Assembly: GCA_965287045.1 (NCBI GenBank)
Contig: OZ336874.1
Location: forward strand, 46,314,001 to 46,378,000
DNA: 64,000 nt
Source: Carcharhinus amblyrhynchos
Lineage: Eukaryota
Direction of reading: 5' to 3'
Notes under the pieces: model-generated
What the model saw: only the letters and a program-made list of their open reading frames with translations
Told to the model about the DNA's origin: nothing
Database searches by the model: none
Translations under genes and position numbers: made by a program
Shown: one piece after another, positions 62,608 through 64,000 of the stretch
How positions within the stretch are numbered: the first letter of the stretch is position 1
How the letters are laid out: each line of letters opens with the position of its first letter

Positions 62608-62731
62608 GCTTTGTGTAAGGATAACATATATCCTGGTCTTCACGTTTTTTCAGTTGGTTATGGCAAGAACAATGAGCCATTACGTGGATACGTTCTCACA
62701 TTCTTCATTGGCTTGGGATTCATACTGATTG
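62608..62731 (+). CDS. slc12a2: NKCC1 coding exon (exon 12 equivalent, 124 bp, into TM9)
   Basis: cag|GCTTTG...CTGATTG|gttagt; [41 protein letters not shown]. Read manually. Confidence 0.97.
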
Positions 62732-62999
62732 GTTAGTCAATATTTAGCAAAACAGCAAACTTGTAAAACATAAAAAAAATTTCAATATTAATCTAACGGA
62801 TTGCCTTAATACTTCCTATTGAGGAGAGTCAGTTGTCTATAATTGCATTGTGTTTGGGGCAAATGTTTCATGTCAGCAAGAAAGAAAATCCCAGCAAATC
62901 TTTACTTCCCTTCATATAAAATGTAATTTTAAAATATGATCACTGGTTTTTAATTGATCTCTATTTAGGAGGATGATTCTGGGGAAGAGGGACGTCAGT

Positions 63000-63365
63000 T
63001 ACATGGAGACTCTGGATTAGTTCCCCTAGGAGGGAAGGTGATAGAGGGAGGGATAGTACTTATTGGTGGAAGGGTTGAGGACTACAAGACACCTGTTTAA
63101 AGCGATTGGGAAATGAATCAGTAGTGACATGAAAAAGTCTTTGTGCAGTGAGTGATTAAGATCTGGAATGTACTGCCGAAATGTGATGGAGACAGATACA
63201 ATTGGGGCTTTCAAAAGAAGATTGGATAAGCTCCAGAGGAGAGCAAATTTGCAGGGCCCATGGGGGAAATGGCAGGGGAGTGGGGCTAGTTGAATCGCTG
63301 TTCCAGAGAAGTAGCAAAGACAAGACTAGTCAATTTATTCTCTTCCTGTGCTGTAACCATTCTTC
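63000..63365 (+). mobile_element. Old CR1 3' fragment
   Basis: GTGACATGAAAAAGTCTTTGTGCAGTGAGTGATTAAGATCTGGAATG..TCTTCCTGTGCTGTAACCATTC. Confidence 0.7.
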
Positions 63366-64000
63366 TGCCATAGTGGTGTGCTTCGTAATGAATATAGATC
63401 TACTGCATAAAATTTCTCAAATTTTAAAGAAGTGAGAAACTATTGATTAAATGACTTCCTGTACTTTAAGTGAGCCTCAGAACAGTAGTGGAACTGAGAG
63501 CATTGCAGAATCCTTGAGGGGGGAGGGAGGGTGCCTCTGGGAGAATCCTTGTGGGGAGGGCTGGGGGGGGTGGTGCGGTGTGGTGCTTTGATGAAGGGTG
63601 GAGGGAGTGGTTGGATTCTAAAGTGGAGAAAAGGTTGGACGGGGGAGTGAAGTATCAGAATTAGAGAATAATTGCATACTTGAAGATGAATTGAAATTTC
63701 AGGTGAAAACTGCACGGGGTGAGGGGCAGGGGGGACTGAAGGGAGGTGGAGAAATAATTTCACCCTTAAGCTCACTTTCACAACCAATGAATTTCTTTTT
63801 ATCTTGTTTGTCACTGTTACTGATGTGGAGAATTATATTTGCATATTGTGTTTAAGGAATGATGCACTTAAGCTAAGCCTGTTCAATCTCCTCTTCCATC
63901 TGCGTACATGGACATATAAGAAAGGCAATATAGCACTGACCCAAAGTGACACAAATAGAATTGCTTGCTTCAAATCGATGTTTAAATTGGATTCAGTTGT

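Overview
Vertebrate genomic DNA, almost certainly from a cartilaginous fish (shark). The window holds eight internal coding exons, on the + strand, of the Na-K-2Cl cotransporter gene slc12a2/NKCC1. They correspond to human exons 5-12 (TM3-TM9 region) and splice in frame with GT-AG introns, including a 32.4-kb intron 10. Most intronic sequence is transposable-element debris: many CR1 LINE copies of different ages (two with near-complete but broken EN+RT ORF2), L2-type LINE fragments, three SINE families, Penelope-like palindromes, MITE-like elements and a decayed hAT transposase. The most notable structures are (1) an unexplained 132-bp near-perfect inverted repeat at 56056-56751, (2) a TSD-flanked Penelope-like palindrome with a degenerate hammerhead-like core, (3) near-identical inverted young CR1 copies bracketing exon 10, (4) a GAG splice acceptor and (5) multi-level nested insertions. 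I found no prokaryotic systems or CRISPR arrays. Exon coordinates were counted base by base. Repeat boundaries are approximate (tens of bp), and family names come from recalled consensus motifs, not from a database search.
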